Origin: Calditrichia bacterium
Lineage (GTDB): Bacteria; Calditrichota; Calditrichia; JAJRVZ01
Assembly (NCBI GenBank): GCA_963777955.1
Contig: CAVZSQ010000017.1
Location: forward strand, 231,737-295,736
Reading direction: 5' to 3'
DNA length: 64,000 nt
Part shown: piece after piece, positions 40,751-52,057 of the stretch
Layout of the letters: every line of letters starts with the position of its first letter
Numbering within the stretch: position 1 is the first letter of the stretch
Program-made: the position numbers and the translations under genes
Notes under the pieces: generated by a model
Seen by the model: only the letters and a program-made list of their open reading frames with translations
What the model was told of the DNA's origin: nothing
Databases searched by the model: none

Positions 40751-41933
40751 ATGCGAAGATTTCAAAATTGGGTAAGTATTCTGGTAATCCTGATGCTGGC
40801 GGGTCAGGTGCTGGGTCAAAAAAAAGCAGTGATCGGATATTATCAATCCTGGCAATGGCACAAGTCCCCGGAACTGCTTAGTCCGGGTAATATCCCTTAT
40901 AATAAATTAACGGTGATTAATTATTCATTTTTTTATCCGCTGGAAAGCGGTGAAATTGTCGGCATGGATCCGATTGCTGATCGCTTTCTGCTGCTAGGGG
41001 AATCGAATTCATTATCTGCACGCCGCGATCCGGGTGGGTCGATAATCGAATTGGCCAGACATCATGGCAGCAAAGTAGTGTTGTCCATCGGCGGGTGGGA
41101 AAATTCCAGTCATTTTCCGCAAATTGCAGCCGATCCCCAAAAGCGCGCAAACTTCGCACATTGGTGTGTCAGGCACATCCGGCAATATGGATTTGATGGG
41201 ATCGATGTGGACTGGGAATTCCCGGGTTATGTACGGCATAACGGTACACCACAGGATCGCCAGAATTTCACCTTGTTACTCCAAACCGTGCGCGACAGCC
41301 TGCAAACACTCGGCAAGACATCTGGTAAAAGTTATCTTTTATCTGCCTCCTTACCTGCTGCTGCCGGTCACCTGCCGGATATAGAAGTACAGAAAATTTC
41401 CACGATTTTGGACTATCTGAATATTATGACCTGGGATTTATTCGGCCCGTGGGGTAAGATCAGTAACCATAATTCTGCATTATACGGCCCGGGACAGGGG
41501 GACTCAACCCGCTGCCTGGATGGCGCATTTAAACTTTATCATCAACTACACCATGTTCCCGCGGAAAAAATAAATCTGGGTGTTGCCTGTTTCGGCCATT
41601 CGTATACACACTGCAACGAAATCTATGGCGAACATCAGGGGCCCGATACCAGTCTTTTTATGGAAGAAGATGGTATCCGCTATGCACAAATTGTGGAAAA
41701 GATGACATCTGTTCGAAAGGTTATGGGATCCAAAAGCACAGGCACCGTATCTGGTCAGCAATTCACTGAATATGCTCATTTCGTTTGATGATGAAGAATC
41801 CGTTGCCCGTAAAGCAGACTATGTCATCCAAAACAATGCCGGCGGACTGATTATTTGGCCGCTGCTGGGAGATTATCTAAAAGATAATAAGACACCACTG
41901 CTCGATGTGATCAATCAAAAGTTTTCAAGGTAA
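40751..41933 (+). CDS. GH18 family chitinase-like glycoside hydrolase. Frameshift ~41770
   Basis: Signal peptide. GH18 catalytic motif FDGIDVDWEFPG. C-terminal segment (...ISFDDEESVARKADYVIQNNAGGLIIWPLLGDY) is in another frame at 41760..41933. Confidence 0.75.
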
Positions 41934-42052
41934 ATTGACAAGCTGGAACAGAAAGAGTTGAAAGATGATTTTAAATAAAACGTTATGAATTATAGTGTAA
42001 TTGTTATATAGTTGTAATTAGTAATTAGTAATTATTTACAGGAGGAATTCTT

Positions 42053-43132
42053 ATGTTACCGATACGCGAGATTTTTACTGTTTATGTTTCTGCTGTTTCC
42101 AGTACTAGCATCTTTGCTCAAAACTTCGATCTTAAAACTGCTGGACTGGAAACCGAAAAGTCAGTTAGCTGGTCAAGGAAACACAGGCTGCTCAAACCTA
42201 AATTCCCGGTGATCGATATTCATAATCACCTGGGGGATCTGCAAAATACAAAACAATATCTGGAAGAAATGGACAAAGCCGGAGTCTGGAAATGTGTCAG
42301 TCTGGATGCCCGTTCGGCGAAGGATTTTTATCAGGAGCATCTGCGTGTTTCGCAGGAGGTTTCCAGGGAGCGGTTCCTGCTTTTTTTTGCACCTGATTTC
42401 AGCAAGATCGATGAGCCTGATTTTGGATTAAAAGAAGCCAAACGGCTGGAAGAAGCGGTCAAAATGGGTATTAAAGGGATGAAAATATTCAAAGCCCTGG
42501 GATTGACCATCAGGGATAAAAGCGGAAAACTAGTGCCGGTGGATGATCCCAGAATCGATCCTTTGTGGGCCGAATGTGCTGAACTTGGCATTCCGGTTGA
42601 GATACACGTTTCCGATCCTAATGCTTTTTTCACACCGATCGATCAGTTTAATGAGCGCTATGATGAACTGGCCGCCCATCCCAACTGGTCATTTTACGGG
42701 CCGCAGTTTCCGGTTAAAGATTCGATTCTGGCGCAGCGCAACCGGGTTATTGCCCGGCATCCCAATACAATTTTTATTGGAGCGCATGTGGGTAATCTGC
42801 CGGAAAATTTGCAGCGGGTTGGCGAGTGGTTGGACAAGTATCCTAATTTTTATGTGGACATCGATGCACGGATCAATGAACTGGGCCGCCAGCCTTATAC
42901 CGCGCGAAAATTTTTGATCAAGTATCAGGACCGCGTGCTGTTTGGTACCGATACACCGCCGAATGCCGAGGCGTATAGAATCTATTACCGCTTTCTGGAA
43001 ACGGATGATGAGTATTTCGATCCGGCCGGCGGTCATCATCTGCAGGGGCGCTGGATGATTTACGGCCTGGGTCTGCCGGATGAAGTCCTGGAAAAAATCT
43101 ATAATAAAAATGCCCTGCGGTTATTGAAATAA
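42053..43132 (+). CDS. Amidohydrolase-2 family metal-dependent TIM-barrel hydrolase
   Basis: VIDIHNHLG metal-binding motif. Typical amidohydrolase spacing of His/Asp. Confidence 0.7.
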   Translation: MLPIREIFTVYVSAVSSTSIFAQNFDLKTAGLETEKSVSWSRKHRLLKPKFPVIDIHNHLGDLQNTKQYLEEMDKAGVWKCVSLDARSAKDFYQEHLRVSQEVSRERFLLFFAPDFSKIDEPDFGLKEAKRLEEAVKMGIKGMKIFKALGLTIRDKSGKLVPVDDPRIDPLWAECAELGIPVEIHVSDPNAFFTPIDQFNERYDELAAHPNWSFYGPQFPVKDSILAQRNRVIARHPNTIFIGAHVGNLPENLQRVGEWLDKYPNFYVDIDARINELGRQPYTARKFLIKYQDRVLFGTDTPPNAEAYRIYYRFLETDDEYFDPAGGHHLQGRWMIYGLGLPDEVLEKIYNKNALRLLK

Positions 43133-43190
43133 ACGCAGCGCGCTTAATTCATTAGTCTCGGATGAATACGGTTAAAAAAGCAAAGTAAAA

Positions 43191-43313
43191 AAGTACCTTA
43201 GTACCTTAGTACTGATGGGATTGTTTTACATCGTCATCCCGGGCATGTCGGAGACCTGGCGGTAGACAGGACCCGGGATCTATCATACTCAAATGAATCA
43301 AAATCTGTAAATT
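43191..43313. repeat. Partial copy of the dispersed repeat family (ccttagt tandem + ggcggtag...gggatctatcat...aaatgaatca module)
   Basis: aagtaccttagtaccttagtact echoes 27051. ggtagacaggacccgggatctatcatactcaaatgaatca parallels ggtagtaatacaggcgggaatctatctgttgtaatgaatgatta at 56210 and 60605. Confidence 0.5.
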
Positions 43314-43424
43314 CTGCTAAGGCAGAATAAGCAGGCCTTCGGCGTAGAATATATATCGATAAATATCCGCGTTCAGCAGCGGTTAAAAATACAATAGCAC
43401 AATCATTATTCTTTTAAAACTTGG

Positions 43425-43958
43425 TCAGTTAATCAGTTCAGTAGCAGAAAAATATCCGGAGATATTCACAATCCGGGTGGTATCCTGTTCAAATAATTTG
43501 CGATAGTATCCGCTCATTTCCAGATCGCCTTTTACTACAGTAGTCGTCGCTTCCGTGATATTTAAATTTCCAGCGGTCATGGTATAACCGGAATAATCGG
43601 TAATATTTCTACCGCTGAAACTGCCGCCGAACTCATTTTCCGGAATATCCGATCCTATTGCATATTCACCAATCTGGTAATTTTGTACTACCGGAATTTC
43701 GGGATTGAATTTAAATAACAGCGCCATGCCTAAGGGATTAGCCCCGCTGATTCTGGGCATGATCATAATGGTAAAATATTCCTTAATAGTATCCCCGGAT
43801 GTATAGGTACCGGTATCAAAATAGGCTATCGCTGAATAGGATTCATTAGAGGTCTCCGGTTACAGTGAGGTGAGAATCGGATAAATTCTGATCAGGTCCG
43901 GAGTATCATTTTCACAACTCATCAGAATTAAAACTAAACATAGCAGCATGATCCTCAT
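43425..43958 (-). CDS. Lipoprotein, hypothetical. Frameshift ~43870
   Basis: Lipobox signal MRIMLLCLVLILMSC from 43958 in one frame. Body in ORF 43425..43766. Confidence 0.45.
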
Positions 43959-44290
43959 GTATCACTCCTTAAATTATATTGTTGTTTTAGATCGTTTGCC
44001 GATTTCAGATGCGAATGATCAGGACTCGTCTGAGAAGAAGGCAGTATGTCATGATATATTAATTAACTTTCTTCAGGATAGCAATAGAACAGAGAAAAAG
44101 GCATTAAGGCACAGAGGCACATAGAAAGGGCAGGTCTTGTACCTGCCCACCGAGTACACGAGTCCCGATTCATCTAGACGAAGCAATCTCCTTTGTGCTT
44201 TTTACCTTTTTTATTTGACCGTACAAATCCTGTATTTATATTTAGGCCATTAGAATTCCTCGATTAAATTAATATTCCTTTCTGTTAAAA

Positions 44291-44878
44291 ATGATTGTTG
44301 TGTCTGATACAGAAATGAGACTTATAATAAAATACAGTAAAAGAATTGTCCTCGGTTCTTTAATTTTTACTTTCTTATTTAATCAAGATTGTTTAGCCCA
44401 ACACCATTCAAAATGGTTGGTAGGGATAAGTTTTAATATGCCCAGGATAATAGTTTATTCATTGGCTTATTATCCAAATGAAAATTGTTTTTTAGAGCTA
44501 AGTGCCGGCGGTGCTCCTCATTACGGGAATATTGGTTTTTCCTTTAACTATTTAAGCAGAACGGAAAAGCCGAATATTTTGTCAAAGATCGGCTCAACGC
44601 TTCTTACTAGTGGAGGCGGCCCATACCCGGATTTTGCTAACATGTCTGCCGACAGTTTACACGGGATTGGCGGTATGGCTGCTACAATTGATGTCGGTTT
44701 TGGCCGGCAATTTTTAAGTAAAAGCCGGGTCTGGTACTTTTCACTTGGTCCAAGTTATATCTGGTACCACAGTCTTCAATATATAAATTCCAAAAGAGAA
44801 TACAGCACTAAGCGAGTCGAAACAATAAAATATTTAGGCTTTTTTGATTTTGGTGCATATTTAAAAAAAGAAGATTAA
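44291..44878 (+). CDS. Hypothetical secreted/outer-membrane protein
   Basis: Signal-like segment (RIVLGSLIFTFLFNQDCLAQ). Beta-rich, ends with an aromatic-rich tail. The start may be Met at 44315. Confidence 0.4.
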   Translation: MIVVSDTEMRLIIKYSKRIVLGSLIFTFLFNQDCLAQHHSKWLVGISFNMPRIIVYSLAYYPNENCFLELSAGGAPHYGNIGFSFNYLSRTEKPNILSKIGSTLLTSGGGPYPDFANMSADSLHGIGGMAATIDVGFGRQFLSKSRVWYFSLGPSYIWYHSLQYINSKREYSTKRVETIKYLGFFDFGAYLKKED

Positions 44879-44926
44879 CTTTATTTTATATATAAAAGTC
44901 TGGGTATAGACCAGGTAAAGGAGTCA

Positions 44927-45955
44927 TTGATGTCGGAAGCACGGTATTACCATATCAGTAAAGCCGGGAAACTTGTTCCGCTGGCGAGCCTGGCTGAAGT
45001 TATCGCTGCGGCCGGGAACGAAGGGTACGTCTGGTTGGATTACTACCAGCCGACCAAGGAGGAACTTTCCGCGCTGATCGAGCCATTTAGACTTCATCCG
45101 CTCTCTATCGAAGACTGTGTCGATGAAATTCAGATTCCCAAAATCGATGATTATCCCGGTATAGCTTTTATGCTCTTCAACGCTTTCCACTATGCCCACA
45201 GAGTACTGACCATCAGGGAGGCGGATATCTTTATCGGGGCCAATTTTCTGATCACGGTTAATATCCGCGGTTCAGGCGGATCCAATACTCAGATGAGTGT
45301 TGAACATCTGGTGGATCTGGCTCCCGGGAATGTCCGGCAGGGTCCGGCTTTCCTTTTGCATGTCATTCTGGATCAGATAGTCGATCAGAAATTTTTAGCC
45401 ATCGATGCGATCGAGGACGAACTGAATGAAGCCGAGGAGACAATTCTGTCGGATCTGGCCGGTTTTAAACCGGCCATGCTGCTGCACCTGCGCCGGGACC
45501 TGTTTGCCCTGCGCAAGAGCCTCTTCCACGAGCGGGAGATCCTGGTCAAGATCTGGCGCAAGGACTGCCCCTTTATCAAACAGAAAGCGCTTTTACTTTA
45601 TCGCGACCTTTACGATCACCTGACCATATTTTTCGAACTGACCGAGACCTCGCGCGACGTGGTCACCAGTCTGATGGAAATGTATTTATCCATGCTGAAC
45701 AACCAGATGGCCCAGACGGGTAACCTGACCAACAAGACAGTCAGGCGCCTGACTTTTATCACCACGATATTCATGCCGCTGACGCTGCTGGCCGGAATCG
45801 GGGGCATGTCGGAGTGGTCGATGATGACCGGCCCGGGAAATTGGAGGCTGGCTTACCCAATATTCCTGCTGGCGATGGTCGTCATGGGCATTGTCAATTA
45901 CTTTTTCCTGATATGGTTGGAGAAAAAAGACCGTAAAGCAGACCAGCCGGCATAA
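44927..45955 (+). CDS. corA: CorA-family magnesium/cobalt transporter
   Basis: Cytoplasmic alpha/beta domain and two C-terminal TM helices with a G(M/I)xxW-type signature (GIGGMSEW). Confidence 0.7.
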   Translation: MMSEARYYHISKAGKLVPLASLAEVIAAAGNEGYVWLDYYQPTKEELSALIEPFRLHPLSIEDCVDEIQIPKIDDYPGIAFMLFNAFHYAHRVLTIREADIFIGANFLITVNIRGSGGSNTQMSVEHLVDLAPGNVRQGPAFLLHVILDQIVDQKFLAIDAIEDELNEAEETILSDLAGFKPAMLLHLRRDLFALRKSLFHEREILVKIWRKDCPFIKQKALLLYRDLYDHLTIFFELTETSRDVVTSLMEMYLSMLNNQMAQTGNLTNKTVRRLTFITTIFMPLTLLAGIGGMSEWSMMTGPGNWRLAYPIFLLAMVVMGIVNYFFLIWLEKKDRKADQPA

Positions 45956-45980
45956 TCGCAGACGTTCCACGCAGAGGATA

Positions 45981-46066
45981 AAAAAGCCAACGAATAAATC
46001 GCTGGTTTCCATGCGCTCCCAAAGGGGCGGCACCCGCCAGGTCTATCCTTGTAACTGTTAATATTA
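45981..46066 (+). repeat. Cassette-boundary-like ~80 bp repeat (terminator hairpin + catgcgctcccaaaggggcg hairpin + tctatccttgtaactgttaata tail), copy A
   Basis: Aligns with copies at 52775, 59049, 56290 and 60690, all in the same orientation. Confidence 0.7.
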
Positions 46067-46246
46067 CCTGTTAAGAACTGCAATCAATTCCCGGGAATAT
46101 TTTACACTCCAGTTACATTATTCATATTACTATGTACAATGACCGCACAGAAGTATATGATCTTTTAACAATAAATTATCTTATTGCGGGCGGACTGTTG
46201 CAGGTGAATATGTTTAAACATAATTATTACTGAGAGGACCAGGACA

Positions 46247-47663
46247 ATGAGAGTGAAAACAACACAAGGGCATGAGCTAGATCTGAAGCAGGACATCTTC
46301 GATGGTCTGAAAATGCGTTTACGGGGGCCGCTGTTCCTGCCCGGTGATGCCGGCTACGAGGAATCCCGGACCGTCTGGAATGCCATGATCGACCGTCGTC
46401 CTGCGGCTGTTGTGCGCTGCCTCGGGAAAGCCGATGTGATAGCCTGCGTACAGTTCGCGCGCGAAAATGATATCCTGCTCTGCATCAAAGGGGGAGGACA
46501 CAACATCGCGGGCCTGGCCACGGCCGACGGCGCACTTATGCTCGATATGTCGCTTATGCGTGGTGTATGGGTGGATCCACAGAGAAAAATCGCCCACGCT
46601 CAGGCGGGTTGTCTGCTTGGTGACGTGGATCGTGAAACGCAGCTGCATGGGCTCGCTGCCGTACTTGGTTTCGTGTCGCTCACGGGCGTTGCGGGACTTA
46701 CTCTCGGCGGCGGATTCGGTTATCTGACCAGGCGCTGGGGTTGGACGACGGACAATGTGGCCGGAATGGAAGTAGTGACTGCCAACGCGCAACTGGTACG
46801 GGCCAGCCATGATGAGAATGCCGATCTATTCTGGGGGCTGCGGGGTGGCGGCGGGAACTTCGGCGTGGTGACCGGTATCGATTATGTGCTCCATCCAGTC
46901 GGTCCTGAGGTTGTTGGCGGCGTTGTAGCCTGGCCGGCCAGCGAAGCGCCAAAGGTGTTGGAGTTGTACCGTACACTTACTGAGAAGTCCCCGCTTGAAC
47001 TTACACTTGCCCTGCTGATGCGCCCTGCGCCTCCGGCGCCATGGCTGCCCAAGGAGATGCATGGCAAGCCGATTGTAGCATTACTGGCTTGTTACAGCGG
47101 AAAACCCGCAGAAGGCGAGAAGATCGTTGCCCCCATCAAGTCGTTTGGACACCCTGTTGGCGACATGCTGGTACGCACGGCCATATACGCAGTTGCAGTC
47201 TTTGCTGGATGCCACGCAGCCAAAAGGCCGGCGTTATTACTGGAAGAGCGAGTACCTGTCAAGCGTAGAACCGGCCCTGTGCGGTAAAATCATCGAACAT
47301 GCGGAAAAAATCAGATCGCCGCACTCGGCGGTGATCCTGTTCCAGATCGGAGGTGCTCTGAATCGGCTTGAAAATGAGCATTCTCCTGTCGGCAATCGCA
47401 ATGCGCGTTATGTACTCAACATTCCGGGCTCATGGGAACAGGCCAGTGAAGACCTGGCACACGTCGAATGGGCCCGGGCAGCCTGGAACGACATGAAATC
47501 GTTTTCCACCGGAGGTACGTACATCAACTTCCTGACCGAGGAAGAAGGTTCCGAGCGGACCGCGGCAGCGCTGGGCACGGGACTGCAGCGGTTAGCCGAG
47601 ATCAAAGCGCAATGGGATCCGCAGAATTTGTTCCGCACCAACCGCAACATCAAACCGGCCTGA
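46247..47663 (+). CDS. FAD-linked oxidase (FAD_binding_4 + BBE-like C-terminal domain). Frameshift ~47190. GC-rich block
   Basis: FAD-binding PCMH motifs (CIKGGGHN, GGGFGYLTRRWG, LRGGGGNFGVVT). C-terminal part (...YYWKSEYL...NIKPA) is in ORF 47127..47663. Roughly 58% GC, against ~45% in neighbouring genes. Confidence 0.7.
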
Positions 47664-47687
47664 TATGTATTCAATAGAGGAGTCAGT

Positions 47688-48122
47688 ATGAACAGATTGC
47701 AATTTTCAATCGTCATCAAGGCCCCGCGGCAGAAAGTGTGGAGCAAGATGCTGGACCAGGAGGGTTATCGCACCTGGACTGCCGACTTCGCGGCAGGTTC
47801 ATACTATGAAGGGTCCTGGGAGAAAGGGGAAAAGATCCGGTTTCTGATTCCCGATGGCAGCGGGATGATCTCGGTAATTGCCGAAAACAAACCGTTCGAA
47901 TTTATTTCGATCAAGCATCTTGGTTTCATCAAAGACGGTGTGGAGGATACGGAGAGTCCGCAGATTAAGGCCTGGGCGCCGTCATTCGAGAATTACACCT
48001 TCGGCGGGATCAAAGGCGGAACCGAACTGAAAATTGACCTGGACATCCTGCCGGAGTGGGAAGAGTTCATGAAACAGGCCTGGCCGAAAGCACTGGCAAA
48101 GTTGAAAAGGATTTGCGAATAA
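47688..48122 (+). CDS. SRPBCC (AHSA1/START-like) family protein
   Basis: Size and pattern of Aha1-like SRPBCC proteins. Co-located with the GC-rich oxidase. Confidence 0.5.
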   Translation: MNRLQFSIVIKAPRQKVWSKMLDQEGYRTWTADFAAGSYYEGSWEKGEKIRFLIPDGSGMISVIAENKPFEFISIKHLGFIKDGVEDTESPQIKAWAPSFENYTFGGIKGGTELKIDLDILPEWEEFMKQAWPKALAKLKRICE

Positions 48123-48205
48123 TCGCAATAATCAAAATAATCTCCCCCCCTTTAATTGCAATTAAAAAGTTTTTCAGATTTAAACTTAGCCACCTGATTC
48201 GTGGT

Positions 48206-48256
48206 GCTTCGTGTAATTTTTGTTTCAAGCAGACCTTCGGCACGAAGAAACACGTA
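48206..48256. repeat. Second short repeat family (cttcgtg / cacgaag hairpin with agaccttcggcac core). Inverted partner at 58920..59000
   Basis: Shared segments: cgtgtaatttttgtt is the reverse complement of aacaaaaaattacacg, agaccttcggcac is the reverse complement of gtgccgaaggtct, and cacgaagaaacacg is shared directly. Confidence 0.5.
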
Positions 48257-48504
48257 GAATATTTCTTTTCTGAAATAAATCTTGCCTTCACTTATGAATT
48301 GGGTAATTTATAAAAGTTAAACCAGCCTCTTCCAGACAGTAACAGTATTATTCTAAGAATCGTTAGCCATCGGCTGGTATCCATCCGCATTTTATCAGTG
48401 AAATATTTCTTTAACGAATTGTATGATGATTAAAAAAGATGATATGAGTTTTAGTATTCTATTTATTAATGAAGTCAATTGTCAATAAAGTGTAGGGAAA
48501 ACCC

Positions 48505-50870
48505 ATGAAAAAATTAATTTTATTAATAAGTCTAATTTTGATCCTCCAATTTTTATTTGGCTTTAAAAATTCATCATCAATTAAACCAAAGTCAGGCATG
48601 AATAAACTGCTTGGTGAACCTGCAGCAACGTTACTCAACATAAATAATGTAGCTCATTGGATAAAATCGGACGGAATATCGGCCAGAGACCCTTATTACG
48701 ACGGAGATGGCATTATTTTCCCCAGGCACACCGCAAATGTTGTTTTTGCCGATGGCATTTTATGGGGCGGGCAGGTAAATGATGGTTCACACCCCGTTAC
48801 GGGTGGGCGGCAGTACTTATGTTACAGGTTTAGTACCGGGAGCTATACTGGGAATTGGCACAGGTAATGTCGAAAATCCAGATGATCCGGATGTAAGAGT
48901 CTGGCGGGTACGCAGGAACTGGGAGACCGCAGATTTTTCCGGTGAAGTTGCAGAACATGACGGGTTATTGAGCATAGCAGACATACGGCAGCAATATCAA
49001 ACTGATTGGAATGAATGGCCGGCAGCCAAAGGTGCACCTTTTGAGGACGTGGATGACGATGGTACATTCGATCCGCAGATTGATATTCCGGGTATTCCCG
49101 GATCAGATCAGACCATCTGGTATGTTGCAAATGATATTAATGCAGGATTGTACTATGATTCACCGCCCATAGGACTTGAAATGCAGGTCACTATGTGGGC
49201 CTACTACAGACCGGAAAACGATCCTTTCAGAGATATCGTGTTCAAGAAGGTCCGCCTGATTTATAAAGGCACATCTGGCATACCCGCAAATTCTACTATT
49301 GAAGATATGTATATAATGCAATGGTCCGATCCTGACCTGGGAGATTATAAGGATGATTATGTTGGTTGTGATTCATCGCTCTCAATGGGATTCGTTTATA
49401 ACAATTCTACAATTGATTTAGATTTTGGCGGCTACGATTTACTTTCCCCTGCTTTTGGATATGTACTTCTGCACGGACCGGTAGTGTACAGTCCGGGTGA
49501 TACGACTCTGGTAGATTTTATGCCTGTAGCTGATCACAGGAATTTGTCCATGTCTTCCTTTTTATATTACTAGGAGGGGGGGAATTGCGGATGAACCATA
49601 TCATTGGTATTGTCTAATGCGTGGATTACGTCTATCCTGTCAGCCATGGATTAATCCGCTAAGCGGGGAGGAAACAGTTTATCCGCTGGCCGGAGATCCA
49701 ATTAGCGGGGAGGGTTGGGTTGATGGTATTTCTGACCCAGCAGGTGACCGCAGAATGGGTATAACCAGCGGCCCGTTCAGTATGGCCCTCGGTGATACAC
49801 AGGAAGTCGTCATGGCCCTGGTTGGAGAAATCGGCAGTAAAGGCGGCCAGGCCTATTTGCAGAACATCTCCGGAATGAAAAATAAAGCCGGGAGTATTAA
49901 AGGATTCATAAAAAACAAAATGGCAGTATATATTCTAACGGAATCAACGGTATCTGTCTTGCAGGAAAGCCAGTTAAAAGCAGCTTACATCCTTTTTGAT
50001 CCCGCTTTGACCGTAAGTGCCCTGCAGTGGGAAATCATTTCAAAACCGGCCGGCAGTAATTCCACGCTATCTGCGACCAGCGGAGATTCGGTCTTACTCA
50101 CTCCGGATCAGGAAGGTATATACAAAGTTTCTGTAACAGTTAATACTGTTGAAGGATTTTCAGCATCGCATACTGCAGAATTTTATGCTTCGGCAGATAC
50201 ACCGCCTGTTGCGGATTTCAGTTTAATCCCGGAAACCATTATCCTGGGTAATTCCCTGCTGGCGGACGCTTCTGTTTCCTATGATCCGGAGGAAGATAGC
50301 CTGGAGTTTACCTGGGATATTATTCCTGCCGATATTACACAATACTATGGTAACACAGTTGCCGGAACGGTCCTGGAAAATGGGGAAAAATATGATATGG
50401 TACCCACAGGTACCGGAGAATATACTGTTAATTTAAGTGTATCCGACAGTATATATGAAGATGATACGACCAGGGTATTTCATGTTGAGCCCAAAATGGA
50501 GAACATCTCGCCGGTCTGGTCCTTTCTTGATACAAACTGGTACAAGACAGATCAGTATTGTTTTTATGAGAATAAATTACTCATGGCCATAGAACCTCTC
50601 GATTTGGTCAGGGTTTACGATCTTCAGGAAAGTAATATGGTTATAGAAAGGGATCTAAGTATTGCTGATCCTGTCCGGGTTTACGGGATTGAAGATAGTC
50701 TCATGTACATAGGAACCAGGAGTTCTTCGGCTTCCTGGGGCCCCGGACGCTTGAGTATTTATCAACTGGAGCCCGATTGGGAGATAACTCCTGTTCTGGA
50801 GAATTATCTACCCCGGGACCACCGATATTTCTCGAATAACACTTCAGGGATGATAATTTTTACGTGGTAG
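48505..50870 (+). pseudogene. Large secreted LVIVD/beta-propeller-repeat surface protein, N-terminal ~790 aa, in three frameshifted ORFs (48505..48867, 48779..49573, 49617..50870). Probable T9SS cargo continued at 51031
   Basis: Signal peptide MKKLILLISLILILQFLFG. Consecutive overlapping ORFs in different frames with continuous similarity. LVIVD-like repeats (LVRVYDLQES..., PVRVYGIEDS...). Confidence 0.5.
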
Positions 50871-51030
50871 ATCATAAAACTATTACAGGATAGATTTTAA
50901 AACAAATCCTTCTTCACCGCTGATTTTAGCCCAGCATGCAGATGAGTAGCGTATATCTTCATGTTATACTGATATTGCCGGACAATATATATATATTAGA
51001 ACACCTGTTAGTGAACATGAAGTAGAGGTA

Positions 51031-51771
51031 TTGGACAAATTTTCGCTAGAACATGTTGCGTATTTGACCCTGCCGGGTTTTTCGCAAATCATTAACAGCT
51101 GTGACACACTCATGTTTATCGGTTTTTATGGTTCTGATTCGCTGCAGATTTATCGCGTGGCCAATCCCTTGCAACCCGTAAAATTAAGTACAATTGTTTT
51201 ACCCCCTTCCTTCGATTGGGTCGATGATATAAGTCATGGGATACGTTGTTCCGCTCAGTATGTTAAAAATAATATTTTGGCAGTTTCTACCGGAATCGGA
51301 ATACTATATTATGACATTACCGATCCGTTAAATACCGAGGTTAAAGGTGCCTGGTATGGCGGGAAAGGAGTATATGCCGGTGAGCATAATGGTGATCATT
51401 TCATAACGGGCTCAAGTATAATGGGATCGATAAAAGATACCTATTTTGGCTTTAATAAGGTCAATTTGGATTTTCCCATTTCAGAGGAAGAGTCTGACAA
51501 AGTGCCGGAAGGATACATGCTTTATCAGAACTACCCGAATCCATTCAATCCGCATACAACCATGAAATTTGCTTTGCCCAGGACCGGGTGGGTTACATTG
51601 CAGGTGTATAATGTTCTTGGTCAGCAGGTCACGACGCTGGTATCGGAAAAGTTGAATGCCGGTATTCATAAATATGAATGGCAGGTCTCAGATCAGCCCA
51701 GCGGGATTTATTATTGTAGAATGAAAGCAGGCAAGTTTGAGCAGGTGCGGAAGATGATTTTGCTCAAATAA
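51031..51771 (+). CDS. T9SS C-terminal sorting domain protein (LVIVD-repeat region + Por_Secre_tail CTD)
   Basis: C-terminal ...YMLYQNYPNPFNPHTTMKFALPRTGWVTLQVYNVLGQQV...GIYYCRMKAGKFEQVRKMILLK, a type-A T9SS CTD. Followed by a perfect intrinsic terminator. Confidence 0.75.
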   Translation: MDKFSLEHVAYLTLPGFSQIINSCDTLMFIGFYGSDSLQIYRVANPLQPVKLSTIVLPPSFDWVDDISHGIRCSAQYVKNNILAVSTGIGILYYDITDPLNTEVKGAWYGGKGVYAGEHNGDHFITGSSIMGSIKDTYFGFNKVNLDFPISEEESDKVPEGYMLYQNYPNPFNPHTTMKFALPRTGWVTLQVYNVLGQQVTTLVSEKLNAGIHKYEWQVSDQPSGIYYCRMKAGKFEQVRKMILLK

Positions 51772-51772
51772 G

Positions 51773-51803
51773 AAAAGCCAGCGAATAAATCGCTGGCTTT
51801 CAT
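51773..51803 (+). terminator. Rho-independent terminator after the T9SS cargo gene
   Basis: aaaagCCAGCGAataaaTCGCTGGcttt, a perfect 8 bp stem, 5 nt loop and T-tract. The same hairpin forms the 5' module of the repeat family at 45981, 52775 and 59049. Confidence 0.75.
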
Positions 51804-52057
51804 TCCAGAACAGCATTCTTTTAAGGATATTTATTTTTTCGCAATTCACAGTTTGTTATTTATACTGTATATGTGAATCAGTACGGATTAAAATTGAGAT
51901 TACATCCTGGTTATAGATTTTTTTAGAGACAGCAGGCGAAATGGTCAACTCGAAGCGTCTTTTTAAAAATATTTTGATTGTTTTAAGATTATCATGATTC
52001 AATATGTGGAGTAGTTCTACTCAATAATATTTTAGATAAACAGATTTGAAGAGGTAG

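Noticed and set aside
44140-44165. gggcaggtcttgtacctgccc perfect hairpin as a terminator.
   Set aside because: No T-tract follows on either strand in a position matching a gene end. It may be a promoter-region hairpin. It is left uncalled.
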